64,000 bases of DNA from assembly GCA_000002435.2 (NCBI GenBank), contig CM018791.1. One strand, 5' to 3'. Source of the stretch: Giardia intestinalis. Lineage: Eukaryota. Both the position numbers and the translations under genes were made by a program. The notes beneath the pieces were generated by a model. It was not told where the DNA came from, did no database searches, and saw only the letters and a list, made by a program, of their open reading frames with translations. Positions within the stretch are counted from its first letter, which is position 1. Each line of letters begins with the position of its first letter. Below are positions 1 to 10,252 of this stretch, one piece after another.

Positions 1-508
1 CCCACGCAGGCGTGTCCTGGTCTTCGTGGACAGGTCCGCAAACCGGAAGACTCGCAGGGCGGTTGGACTCCATATCCGTTTGTGGAAGTGCCTGTGCTTT
101 ACAGTATGCTGCATGAATCCGGGGATGGTCGATGGGGGAAAGCTCTGCAACGAGGTCTGTAGGCCTCAGCTGCTCCAGCCGCAAACCCTGCTCCTCCATC
201 CTGTACGCCAACCGGAAGAGCAGCCGGCCATACTCCCGCCGCTTATGGCGGTAGGCCGTCCAGGCGGCGCGAATGTCGTTCCGGACCTTGCAGCGCGCCG
301 CATTTGCTGACCGGCCATCGAGCCCAGCGGCCACCCGAGTCCAGGAGGTCCCGTGTTGTAGGAGAAGGACAGCAAGCTGCACTTCTTCGTCCTCGGTCCA
401 GGGCCTATTCCGTTGACTTTGCGACCCGTCCCTCTGTGCCTGCTCTCCGGCCAGTCCTCCTGTGCAGCGCGCTTGTGTTCCTTCCTGGCGATGAGGCCTC
501 GGTGGCAT
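1..508 (-). CDS. Myb/SANT DNA-binding domain protein, partial (3' end lies beyond the window start)
   Basis: This minus-strand frame is not in the ORF track because it runs off the window edge. My own translation from an ATG at 508..506 reads MPPRPHRQEGTQARCTEGLAGEQAQRDGSQSQRNRPWTEDEEVQLAVLLLQHGTSWTRVAAGLDGRSANAARCKVRNDIRAAWTAYRHKRREYG... The W-x19-W pattern and the G-x-SW...A..L.GRS..A.R motif are typical of a Myb/SANT repeat. There is an in-frame TAG upstream of the ATG, and the region is GC-rich. The listed ORF at 166..687(-) is a different frame of the same DNA and I judge it spurious. Confidence 0.5.
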   Translation of the reverse strand, partial: MPPRPHRQEGTQARCTGGLAGEQAQRDGSQSQRNRPWTEDEEVQLAVLLLQHGTSWTRVAAGLDGRSANAARCKVRNDIRAAWTAYRHKRREYGRLLFRLAYRMEEQGLRLEQLRPTDLVAELSPIDHPRIHAAYCKAQALPQTDMESNRPASLPVCGPVHEDQDTPAW

Positions 509-1203
509 GGAACTATTTTCGCATGGAGCTGGGACGCGCGCACCCCTGTGATGGAAGTTGCATGCAACTTCCACTTTTCTCTATCTCGGCCACCCTTCAA
601 CGTCGCGCCTTTAGGACACAGATACCCGTTGCGGCACGCAAACATTGCACAGGCTCGGACTCCCGTCCTTCGAACTCGCATAGCCATGAAGTCAAAATAG
701 TTTGCACGTCGGAAACGTTCACCGAATCATCACAAACGTAAACGAACGTGGATAGAGAAGTGTGGGTTCAAAGGAGATCTTTCTAGCTTGGAAACAGGGT
801 ACGTAGAAGGCTTGCACCACCATCGTCTGCTTCGTTAGCAGTGCAACTGTCGGCGAAAAGACCGCTAGCTGCATGTGGTAAAGAATATGCTTGGCTATTT
901 ACTCTACGGCTGGATGCAGAGTCTATTTGGCGGAAATCCAAATAGTCAATCCTATATGTAAAATAAAATTGCCACACTTTCAGGCAACATATGAGAGACA
1001 CAATTTATCAATGATTGTGTGTTCCCGAGCTTCTATGATTTACGTAGTTTGGCAACTAAAGGATAGATAATCTTAGCTTAGTAAGTAAAATAGGCGGTTT
1101 GACAATACATAATGATTAATCAGATTTTAATGATGGGAGTCACAGATCCCCTGATCTGAAGTTTCATAGTGCTATGTTTAAATTGATAAATCACTTCTAC
1201 AAG

Positions 1204-3330
1204 TTAAATCGCCACGTCGACAGCTGTATTCTTAGCTTCGACGGTACCATCCTCATTGGTACAAAGGTTTTTAGAAAGTATTCTTTGAATCAAAGCCTCT
1301 GCGTCTGTGTCATCTTTAATGTGCTGATCCCCAGTGCTCAAAGAAACATACTTAGTATCTGGATAGACCGTGTTCATCCGCTCATTAACATATACCGAAG
1401 GAGGCTTCTGGTCATATAATGCGACAGATTTTTCCTTCGCAATATCCTCTTGCTCAATGATTCCTAGCTGCTGCCGATACCGTGCTATTTTCTCAAGTGT
1501 CTCTGCGCGCATAGAAAGTAGCGAGTTAGTTTGTGCTAGCCCCGTAGAAAATTGACCTCCCTTGGACGCATGCCACGCGTCAATGGGGTAATTTGTCCTT
1601 ACACCTTCCGTGTCCCGTAAAATAGTAACCAGGTGTTGCTCATCAGCCCGTAGCTGGGCTAAGATATTTGATATTGCATCGAAGTTGGTTCCTGTCATAT
1701 CAAGATCATCTTTTTTCAACAAGTTTAGTTCATAATACGTCTCGTCTGGAATAGAAATAAGTGGTTTGTTTGTTAGATTCTTTTCTGGCAATGTTACCTG
1801 CGGCTCCAAATCTAAGGAGGAGCTTTGTTTCTTAGATTCTGTGGCTGTATCTCGAGCAGTGTGACCTGAACGAATGGACTGTGCTGTCACGGGTCTGCAT
1901 AAGGGGGCTTCTGATTTTGCTGCTATGTGCGGAAGACACCCCACCCTTGTGATAGATGTGCGCTGACCAGATCGTATCTCTCCAGAGAGCATGGAAAAAT
2001 CGAATGGCCTACTTTCTGCTTTAGACTTCAATAGAGCAGCTGGGGCCATCTCTTCGCCATATGATGTTATCCTGCACCCGGATGAATCCCCATGCACCGC
2101 CGCGCGTGCTATAGTCAGAGGAAGTGACCGTCCTCTGAGCCTTCCAGTCTTCCTGAACGGAGCTGTTGTCCGCTTGATCATTGCGGTGTTGCTTCCTCCT
2201 GCTTGCCTGGGAATCGTGGCCATAGCTAGCTTTTCACCACCATTGATGTGATTACGTGTCTGTAACTCGCTGATCGCAATGATGTCTCGTCGATCAATCT
2301 CATTGAGAATTCTTCTGTTCAAAAGCTCTATTGCATCTGGAGTAGGATGGGCTGAATAATTTTTACCCAACATGGCAGCATCAGGGGTTATCCTCTTCCA
2401 CTTGCGTGGTGGGGCCTTAGAGACCATCCGAACCGCCTCTTCAAAGTCCTGGCCATTAATCTCGTAGGTTCCATCTGCACCTGACATAGAGATAGTAAGT
2501 CTGTCATATTTGGGGCGTTTGTTTCCGTTATATTTTCCTTTACCAAAAGAAGCGTCCTGGAGACGATCTGCTGAAGTAAATCCTCGGGCACTCATTGTAC
2601 GTAGCCGACTCTTTAGGTGCATCAGGTGTTCATCAACCTCTTCCAAAAGTAAGCGAGTGGAAACTTTATCGCTACACAGATGCTGTGACCCTCCGTGCGA
2701 AGTCACTTCATAGTTCGGATTTTCCTCACATTCTTCATCCACATAACTATGGCCATCGTTGAGCTTGTCTTCACAAAGCTGAAAAGACTCGTCTGTGGCC
2801 ACTGAGGAGAGACTATTATCCCTATCATTGACGTCAACCTGATAGGCGGATTGGCGTGGATACCTCACAGCGTTCATCGTTACCTTGAGCCGTTTTTCTT
2901 TCATAAGGGCGTCCATGTCAACATGAGGTCGAGCCTGTGCATCTATTTTAAACAGGTCGTCAAATTGCAGCCCATACGCATGCCCTGTAGAAGCTCCATT
3001 CTCCATGGTGTTCCTCATCAGCCTCCCCAGCCCTGGAGACAAGGTAACATGTGTGGGTGCTGGCATAGACTTGAATGTGACTAGAGGGTCTATGGTGTGG
3101 TGTGGCTTAGCAAAGTGAAGGGGTTTCGGCATAGTGGTTTGCTTTAAGTGGTAGGACCCGTCTGTATACCACCAGTTCTCATTTTCAACGGGAAGGTCAG
3201 ATTGAAGCAGTGCTGGGCTTTCGGATGCTTCTCCACCATGCTCATCTATCTCGCTATCCTCCACCTCATTCTCCGTATCACATGCTTGCTGTGTGGCAGG
3301 ATCATCAGTGTGCATGAGTGACGACTGCAT
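1204..3330 (-). CDS. hypothetical protein (708 aa), acidic N-terminus, no recognisable domain
   Basis: It is a long uninterrupted ORF in a compact gene array. I could assign no domain by eye. Confidence 0.55.
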   Translation of the reverse strand: MQSSLMHTDDPATQQACDTENEVEDSEIDEHGGEASESPALLQSDLPVENENWWYTDGSYHLKQTTMPKPLHFAKPHHTIDPLVTFKSMPAPTHVTLSPGLGRLMRNTMENGASTGHAYGLQFDDLFKIDAQARPHVDMDALMKEKRLKVTMNAVRYPRQSAYQVDVNDRDNSLSSVATDESFQLCEDKLNDGHSYVDEECEENPNYEVTSHGGSQHLCSDKVSTRLLLEEVDEHLMHLKSRLRTMSARGFTSADRLQDASFGKGKYNGNKRPKYDRLTISMSGADGTYEINGQDFEEAVRMVSKAPPRKWKRITPDAAMLGKNYSAHPTPDAIELLNRRILNEIDRRDIIAISELQTRNHINGGEKLAMATIPRQAGGSNTAMIKRTTAPFRKTGRLRGRSLPLTIARAAVHGDSSGCRITSYGEEMAPAALLKSKAESRPFDFSMLSGEIRSGQRTSITRVGCLPHIAAKSEAPLCRPVTAQSIRSGHTARDTATESKKQSSSLDLEPQVTLPEKNLTNKPLISIPDETYYELNLLKKDDLDMTGTNFDAISNILAQLRADEQHLVTILRDTEGVRTNYPIDAWHASKGGQFSTGLAQTNSLLSMRAETLEKIARYRQQLGIIEQEDIAKEKSVALYDQKPPSVYVNERMNTVYPDTKYVSLSTGDQHIKDDTDAEALIQRILSKNLCTNEDGTVEAKNTAVDVAI

Positions 3331-3391
3331 CCTTTTTTATTTCCCATTTCCGCGAGAGAAACAATCAGATAGAGAGTCTTTGTCCAGTAAT

Positions 3392-5254
3392 TCACATATT
3401 ATCTTCATTGTGTTGATCGTTCTGTGTAGCAGATGAGCGCTCATCTTCTCTGATAAGGGCGTCATCTTCTGGCCGCAAGACCTTCACGGATACCTTGTGG
3501 GGCTCCGGAATACTAATGGGAATTTTAGAGATCAAACGCGGATTGAGGCGCGCAATAGCAATGACTCCATATATGATAAATGGGATTCCCAGTGAAAAGA
3601 GACCAATTATGACCCAACACGTTTGCCGATAGTCAAACTTTATTGAGATATAACGAACTACTGGTATGAAAACTGAAGAGATTATATACTGAAGAGAGAA
3701 CACCAGGCCCAAGCTTGTCGCCGGAATCTTCCGCCCCGCAAGCGTAGTAATAACAAACGCAAAATTAGCTGCAAAGAAGCCTATTGAAATACCCAAAAAG
3801 GACATGGTTACTTGTGCAGAGAAAGCATTCTGGAACTTTTTTACCGCACCGAATATATATAGCGTTATTTGTGCCACAGTGTACATTATAGTTCCTAACA
3901 GGACAAAGAAGATTGGGCCAAAGTATGACAATCGGGACAGTAGGCCACTTATAAACAAAAAAATGGACGACAAAAGCTGGCTCAGACCAACGGCTAGCAC
4001 TGCGTCCTCATTTTTGATATTCAAGATGGAGGTGAGTGATAGAACAGAAGTTGCATTAAACGTACTAACAGCACCTATTACAAGGATTCGCGGGACCATA
4101 ACCATGAAGAGAGCCAAGGGTGCTTCCCTAATAGATCTGAACGAAGATAGGAACAGCTCCTTACAGCGTCGACAGGTGCACCTGCGAGTGCGCCTATTGG
4201 GGAGCTGATAGGTGATCTTCTTATTGCGTAAAGGAGCAGACTCGTCGCAGATAGTTATTTCCATAGTTTCTTCTGTTCCCATGACGCATGTGATGGACCC
4301 TTCAAATGAACAGAGGGTACTTATATCATTGATAGAAGCATCTGGATTGTCAAAATATACCATTATTTCAGATTGTGTAAACATTTGAGACGGCAGCTTT
4401 GTAGCGACTTCGCCTTTGTCGTCAGGGTTCCAATTCCTTGAGCGAGAGCGCGGGATAGCGAACTGTGATAGAAGAGTCTTGTTGTACTTGGCGGATGAGA
4501 CAGAAATGTTAGTCCTAGGATGCTCTATGCAGGACTGTGTCTCTGGCAGAGTCTCTGGAAAAGGAGTGTTAAGCTCTGCATTGGCTAACATATTTTGGCG
4601 CTGCAGATCTGCGATCGCCACATACTCATTCAGGAGATCGTCAAAGTACTTTCTCCTTACCTCCAGAAAAGTGTAGACAGCTCCTAATGTGGTAGAAAAG
4701 AATATCAAACATGCACATAACAAATAAGCCTCTCGAAGATTATTCATGGACCCTATCACGATACTTGCCAGCGTATGTCCAAGCATGACGCTAGCAAAGA
4801 TCAGCCCGAACCCCACTGGTTGCCAGCGGAGCGGTATGAAGTACTGCATGAGCCGTGCCTGGACCATGATCACAGCCTCGCCAGAGAGGCCAGAGGCAAA
4901 CTGGGCGATAATAAATTGAGTAGCCGTGGTGCAGAATGCACATGCTACTGCACAGAGAAGCTGCAGAACATGAATAGGAACTAGAAAATACTGGGGCCCA
5001 AATGTGTCTATAAAGAATGAAACAAGGAAAGTGCTGAAAAAGCACTGTACAGAGTTAATAGTTGCTGTGAGAGAGATGATGTCTTGTCTCTGGAAGGTGT
5101 CAATAATTAGTTTTGATAGAGGATTGGAGGAGCTTGTAAATATGTTAACAGGAACGAGCGTTATTGAGATAAAGAATATGTGGACGACGATAAGCGTTCC
5201 CTCAGTGCAGCGAGAGCGTCTGCGCAGCGGCATGAAGGACGCAAGCTCGTCCAT
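3392..5254 (-). CDS. polytopic membrane protein, MFS-like transporter with a large central hydrophilic loop
   Basis: This 620 aa protein has about 6 hydrophobic helices at the N-terminus and about 6 at the C-terminus. They flank a soluble loop of roughly 180 aa rich in Cys, Arg and Ser. This architecture matches major facilitator superfamily transporters. Confidence 0.55.
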   Translation of the reverse strand: MDELASFMPLRRRSRCTEGTLIVVHIFFISITLVPVNIFTSSSNPLSKLIIDTFQRQDIISLTATINSVQCFFSTFLVSFFIDTFGPQYFLVPIHVLQLLCAVACAFCTTATQFIIAQFASGLSGEAVIMVQARLMQYFIPLRWQPVGFGLIFASVMLGHTLASIVIGSMNNLREAYLLCACLIFFSTTLGAVYTFLEVRRKYFDDLLNEYVAIADLQRQNMLANAELNTPFPETLPETQSCIEHPRTNISVSSAKYNKTLLSQFAIPRSRSRNWNPDDKGEVATKLPSQMFTQSEIMVYFDNPDASINDISTLCSFEGSITCVMGTEETMEITICDESAPLRNKKITYQLPNRRTRRCTCRRCKELFLSSFRSIREAPLALFMVMVPRILVIGAVSTFNATSVLSLTSILNIKNEDAVLAVGLSQLLSSIFLFISGLLSRLSYFGPIFFVLLGTIMYTVAQITLYIFGAVKKFQNAFSAQVTMSFLGISIGFFAANFAFVITTLAGRKIPATSLGLVFSLQYIISSVFIPVVRYISIKFDYRQTCWVIIGLFSLGIPFIIYGVIAIARLNPRLISKIPISIPEPHKVSVKVLRPEDDALIREDERSSATQNDQHNEDNM

Positions 5255-5442
5255 TTTAGTACTTGTAAGGTGATTGTTTTAAGATTAATTACAAAACTAA
5301 GCCCTGCAACCTACCGAGAACATACATAAACAAGGTCACAAGGGACCGTATGAACAAGAGGAACAGTACGATTCACTAATGGTTGTGCGATTAAATATAT
5401 CGGCATGGAACTGTGTGAAGTGGTGATGGTATCACTGTGGTA

Positions 5443-6867
5443 TCACTGAGGAAGTAACGATTCTACAGGGCGGTGCTGGTAGTGCGTATGAAGAAGTTCG
5501 TGAGCCTCATGCTCTGTAAGACATCCGTTAAAGCCCCAGAGGGTCTTATTTTCTCCTGCTGATGCAAAGCGCTCCTTACCATCAAGTATATCAAGCGTAG
5601 ACGCACGCGTCAAGACCGCTTCTTTCTTTCCTTTAATCTTTGGCATCCCTCCACCATTCTGGCACCCGCCAGGGCAGGCCATCTGCTCGACAACGTCGCA
5701 TTCGACCTCCTTGTTGAGCACCATCCTTGCTGCTGCGTTGATAGCAGATCCGCCATGAGCGATAAGTGCACGGTATGTTTCTCCAGCTATTTCGCAGCTT
5801 ACCAGTTTCACTGTTTGCACCAATTGGCCCGGAGTCTTGAACTCCTTTAGTAGCTCTTCCTTGACGTTTTCTATTGGAGACTTCTTCATATAAGATATAA
5901 AGCGCAGGCAAGTCTCGGCAACACCGCCGGTCTTTCCAAATATATGCGACCCGCCACTGACGGTATTGAACGGCGCATCAAAGTCCCACTTCTTCTGAGT
6001 GGAGCGGCCAGGTCTTAGGACGAGTGCATCTGCTTCGACCTCCTCTAGAGTGAGACGAGCACCATGAAGGAAATACAGATGTTCCGCCACTTCGCGCACC
6101 GTCAAACATATGTCAACGTCTCGATTGAGCTGGGGGCGCATTGATTCATCCTTCTTTGCAGTGCAAGGCATGATGTCGGCGACATAGACGTCGTCAACAC
6201 TATCAACGATACCCTTGGGAATGAGATGCTCCTGGACCCAGCGTCTCTTGACCAACGTGGCAACCATTGCAACGCAGCTCTTCGCAGTCGACACCTGCGG
6301 AAGCAGCTCTGGATATTTCATCTCGCAAAGATTGACCCATGCCGGGCAGCAGCTCGTGAACACGGGTCCACGCCCCTCATGTTTGAAGTGAAGAAGCTCC
6401 TGGGTGTCAATGACCGTTGTTTCATCAGCCCCGAAATTCACGTCAAAAACGTAGTCGAAGCCTAAGTACTGCTTGAGCATGCGTATCAGCGAGTATATTG
6501 TGTTTGTACCTATTGGCAGGCCAAAGACGTCTCCAAACGCAACGCGCGTCGAAGGGGCAATGAGAGCCACCCTGACCTTTTTCGACGCAGACTCGCCCTT
6601 ATAGATCTCCAGGTTGTTCTTGGGAGCAATTGCGTCAACAGGGCATATGGTTGCACACTGCCCACAGCCAATGCAGTCGCTGTTGAAGAGGGTAGAGAGC
6701 TTGACTATCGGAGGGTACTTCGGCTTCTCGTTCTGCTTATAGACGCCTATCCCTTGAACATCACAGGCCTTGATGCACATGTTGCACCCGATACACTTGG
6801 CGTAGTCTATCATAATGGCGTTATTGGAGTCTACGCCGGTGACGTCATGCTGAGGCTTAGGGGGCAT
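5443..6867 (-). CDS. hydA: [FeFe]-hydrogenase (iron-only hydrogenase), short cytosolic type
   Basis: The N-terminus has two ferredoxin-like 4Fe-4S motifs (CIGCNMCIKACDV and CIGCGQCATICPV). It is followed by the three H-cluster signature motifs: L1 TSCCPAWV, L2 MPCTAKKDE and L3 EQMACPGGCQNGGG. There is no organellar targeting extension. The length of 474 aa fits the diplomonad enzyme. Confidence 0.92.
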   Translation of the reverse strand: MPPKPQHDVTGVDSNNAIMIDYAKCIGCNMCIKACDVQGIGVYKQNEKPKYPPIVKLSTLFNSDCIGCGQCATICPVDAIAPKNNLEIYKGESASKKVRVALIAPSTRVAFGDVFGLPIGTNTIYSLIRMLKQYLGFDYVFDVNFGADETTVIDTQELLHFKHEGRGPVFTSCCPAWVNLCEMKYPELLPQVSTAKSCVAMVATLVKRRWVQEHLIPKGIVDSVDDVYVADIMPCTAKKDESMRPQLNRDVDICLTVREVAEHLYFLHGARLTLEEVEADALVLRPGRSTQKKWDFDAPFNTVSGGSHIFGKTGGVAETCLRFISYMKKSPIENVKEELLKEFKTPGQLVQTVKLVSCEIAGETYRALIAHGGSAINAAARMVLNKEVECDVVEQMACPGGCQNGGGMPKIKGKKEAVLTRASTLDILDGKERFASAGENKTLWGFNGCLTEHEAHELLHTHYQHRPVESLLPQ

Positions 6868-7003
6868 TTTTAAAGGTTTATATTTTTAGCCTATAACTTT
6901 TCAACGCAGTAGAGGTCAAAGTTTGCACGCTGTAGTAAACCATCAACAGGAACACAATCCAACTCATGACTAGTAAATCGTAAAAAAAGAAATCCGAAAA
7001 ATA

Positions 7004-9454
7004 TCACTCAACTTTATACTTCGAAGAACTCAATGCATCCAACACAAGCTGCGAGAAATGCTTTATCTTTGCCTTGTTTGCATAATACAATATGCTGTTT
7101 CCAACTGAGTCTTTACACTTGCACTCCAGTGGCAGAAGCTTTTTAAAAATGTTCATTTTGACAGGATCCATGGCGTATGCAATGGCAGGCGTTCCGACTC
7201 CATCAGTCAGCCCTGCCTCACCAATAAGCATATCTATGTATGCTACTCTATTTGTCTCCACTGCGCAAACAAGTGCTGTTTTGCCCATTACGTCCTGCAT
7301 TCCCACTTCACTTTGCTGTACTGTCGCGTGCGACTCTACTTTTTCACTATTTTCTGCTTTGCGTGCAATAATTTTTGAATGAGCAAGTGCTTCTACGGCA
7401 CGATTCCAACCTAGTAGAACTGCAATCATCAGAGCGGTGTATCTCAAGCACTTGTCCTGCAGACGCGTCTCTACACCAGACAAAATATCGAAGAGCCGTG
7501 CATTTCTTAGGACCACAGTTATCATCATGGCTGTGGGAAGCCAGGGACCATACCCCATAGCAGAGATAAAGACATTGAGATACGATCCCTTGCACCTCCC
7601 AATCAAGCACTGCACAGCAGGGTAGTTCCCTTGCTCAACGTATCTAAACCACGGAGTCCATCCGTCCGTCTCTGCCCCCCACTCACCACTGTCCACTTCT
7701 GTGGGAATAACACCCCTTAGAGCATTGCAGTAATCATGCGAATAGCCTTTAGCCGAGAGAGATCTCCAACACTGCTCTGCCAGTAGGCGTATCAAGATGC
7801 TACGCAAATCGCTCAGTACATAATTATCCTCGTGTGTATATGTGAGGAGCGTTTCCAACGCATCGAGCTGCGGTTCGCTTGCACTGTGTGCAATGACAGT
7901 AAGGGCATTACATAAATCCTCGTTTCCCCCAAGTCCTTCTAGGAATGTCTTTACCGCGTCTGTTAGCGAGGCGCTGCCTTTTCGTGCCTCAGAAAAGAAA
8001 CTTGAAGGTCGATAAAACAGATACTGAACAAGAAATCCCATATTTTCTGAGATGGTGTCTAGCTGGAATATCTCACTGAGAGGTCGCTCAGTAAAAAGCT
8101 TAAATTGAGGAACATCTACTGCACTACCTTGACTAGTGGATTCAGCGATGTCAGGCAATTGTGGAGATTCTACAGCCATAGCACCACTTTTTAATTGATA
8201 CGAGGTTTGAAGCGGGGCTAGCCACTTGCATGGAGCACCGGTCTCTGTCACGTGAGAAGCCTCATGATCTATGGTCAGAAGCGGCGCTAAGCATACAGCC
8301 GCATCATCACTTGCTGTAGAGTAGCTGGCGTTTCCCGCAGTAGAGCTGCCGCATACTCCTGTAGCGCCCACTCCACAGTGCCTTCCATAGATAGCACTCC
8401 ACTTTGCAGCATCAGGGCGTTCTTTGGAGCAGTATTGGACAGAGGATTGTGGTCGATCAGTAACCGCGGTCGAATTCTGCGAGAATTCTTTTACATCGTT
8501 TGAATGGAGGCCGGCTACGATACACTTAAGCGATAAGCTTTCATTGCAGGCCATATTTTTGTTTTGAGCCATGGCAGTCCTGCCGTTTAGTTCTGAGCAC
8601 CCTTTTCGTAAGGAGCGTTTCATACTCAAGACAGTCAAAAATCGATGACAAAAACCGGAGTGTCTTTGTGTTATAATACCGCACACACCATAGTCACTAG
8701 ATCCCAGTAGCCTGCATCCTCCAGAAACCGCTGGATACATGCCAGATTCGTATTCACATGCTCGTTTATTACCGTACTTTCCGCATGGGATATAGTGTTT
8801 TACAGACACTGAAGCGTTGCGCTGTTTAGTAATCGGTTTCATATACCAACTAATACCGCTTGCCCAGCCCAAGGGCGGCCACTTGATTGCCCACTGGTTA
8901 TGCCTCTGATATCCTCGTTCTAGCACAGCAAAGCCAGTAGGAATCATTAGATTGACATCCTGAACATTTGGTTGGCCTGTTGAGATACCGCATCCATCTA
9001 ATCCATCCTCCACACTCCTATTATTCAGTTTATAATAAACAGCTTCATATCCTTTTCCTTGCGATCCGTTATACTTTACAACGCTTACGCCTTTAATAGT
9101 ACCCGTTACTTTAGTACTGAGACGGCAACACGTGTGAACGAGCCGCAGCAAGCTTCTAGACACGGTTATGCCATGAGCATGGATATCTTTACAAGCTAGT
9201 GTGGCAAGGAATGTAAACGATAAGTCGTCATTTCCACTACAAACCCACGCGGATCTTGGACGCAAGGTGCCAAAGCTTCTATTGAAATAATGTAGCTTGC
9301 TGAAGGAATTCTTTGCACGCAAACCGGCCAACTTGCCAACGCAAGAGGCTGTCAGTAGAATAGATGGAGTAGCGATTAGCTCTATCGTTCCAGAAGGCAC
9401 ACCTTGGAAATGATCTGCAGTAGGGTGGTGCAACGCCATACTTTTATTTTCCAC
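7004..9454 (-). CDS. ankyrin-repeat protein with a Cys/Trp-rich N-terminal domain (Giardia Protein 21.1-like)
   Basis: The C-terminal third holds several ANK-like repeats (RYTALMIAVLLGWNRAVEAL, GKTALVCAVETNRVAYIDMLI, GTPAIAYAMDPVKMNIFKKLL). The N-terminal 500 aa is Cys/Trp/Gly-rich and I cannot assign it. Confidence 0.65.
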   Translation of the reverse strand: MENKSMALHHPTADHFQGVPSGTIELIATPSILLTASCVGKLAGLRAKNSFSKLHYFNRSFGTLRPRSAWVCSGNDDLSFTFLATLACKDIHAHGITVSRSLLRLVHTCCRLSTKVTGTIKGVSVVKYNGSQGKGYEAVYYKLNNRSVEDGLDGCGISTGQPNVQDVNLMIPTGFAVLERGYQRHNQWAIKWPPLGWASGISWYMKPITKQRNASVSVKHYIPCGKYGNKRACEYESGMYPAVSGGCRLLGSSDYGVCGIITQRHSGFCHRFLTVLSMKRSLRKGCSELNGRTAMAQNKNMACNESLSLKCIVAGLHSNDVKEFSQNSTAVTDRPQSSVQYCSKERPDAAKWSAIYGRHCGVGATGVCGSSTAGNASYSTASDDAAVCLAPLLTIDHEASHVTETGAPCKWLAPLQTSYQLKSGAMAVESPQLPDIAESTSQGSAVDVPQFKLFTERPLSEIFQLDTISENMGFLVQYLFYRPSSFFSEARKGSASLTDAVKTFLEGLGGNEDLCNALTVIAHSASEPQLDALETLLTYTHEDNYVLSDLRSILIRLLAEQCWRSLSAKGYSHDYCNALRGVIPTEVDSGEWGAETDGWTPWFRYVEQGNYPAVQCLIGRCKGSYLNVFISAMGYGPWLPTAMMITVVLRNARLFDILSGVETRLQDKCLRYTALMIAVLLGWNRAVEALAHSKIIARKAENSEKVESHATVQQSEVGMQDVMGKTALVCAVETNRVAYIDMLIGEAGLTDGVGTPAIAYAMDPVKMNIFKKLLPLECKCKDSVGNSILYYANKAKIKHFSQLVLDALSSSKYKVE

Positions 9455-10252
9455 TACGATCGAGTTACAGTTACTGTAGACCTAAGAACTTGGGCGCTTG
9501 AGGTAACCAAGACAGCTATAAGATAGCCTATGGCTTTTAATGCATATTTGTAACTTTTAGTCAGGTGTCATCTGTAACAGGAAGAATATTGCATAATAGT
9601 TTGGACAAACATACATATCTGTATAATTCGCATTAGAGATGTAAGCTACAAAGAATCAAGCGACGCATGGGTCTGTGCCTACATTACTGCACTAATCTGG
9701 TTTGGACAACGTTGGAGACCGTACACGTAACTATATAGTTCTGCTCTCTCCAGTATTGAGTTGGCTTCATAGCCTGATGACTTTGGTGGAGTAGATATGA
9801 TAGTTGCAGTTCTACAGTATTAGTTGGTATTAGAAATGAATCTGCCAATGCAGTTTCCAAGTGTTGTAGACCCGTACAGATGGATCTGGCTTTCTAGAGC
9901 TTTCTGTATTCCACAACAAACACTGACGGGCTTGATGGAGTACAGTAAGGTTCCGTTTTCTTAGAGCTGTCCTTCTTGAGCCACGAGGCATTTTAATTAC
10001 ATTGACATACCCGTTTTAACCCTTTCACTATATGCTGCACTCAAATAGTTATGCAATGTGGTCAACCATATCAAACATCTATGCCGCAGTATCTACAAAG
10101 TCGCATCCGGACCCACCGTGAGCGAAGGTTTTATTTTAATTGGTTGCAGTAAAGGCAGTAAGAGCTACAGGCTACAGACTACAGTTTAGATTGACGCCCA
10201 GCACCTACCTAGAAAATATTTGTGCACTGAAGTGTTTACTGCGTTAAGAGAA

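Noticed and set aside
166-687. That the listed 173 aa minus-strand ORF (and the + ORFs 26..310 and 304..741) are genes
   Set aside because: They are alternative frames of GC-rich DNA. The frame that carries a Myb/SANT repeat, which runs off the window edge and is not listed, is the biologically coherent one.
5360-5442. That AGTGAAT (minus strand, about 5370..5376) or the duplicated AGTGATACC directly after the hydrogenase stop is its poly(A) signal (Giardia consensus AGTRAAY)
   Set aside because: The perfect match lies about 70 nt past the stop, which is longer than the usual 3' UTRs of under 30 nt. The nearer copies deviate from the consensus. The evidence is too weak to annotate.
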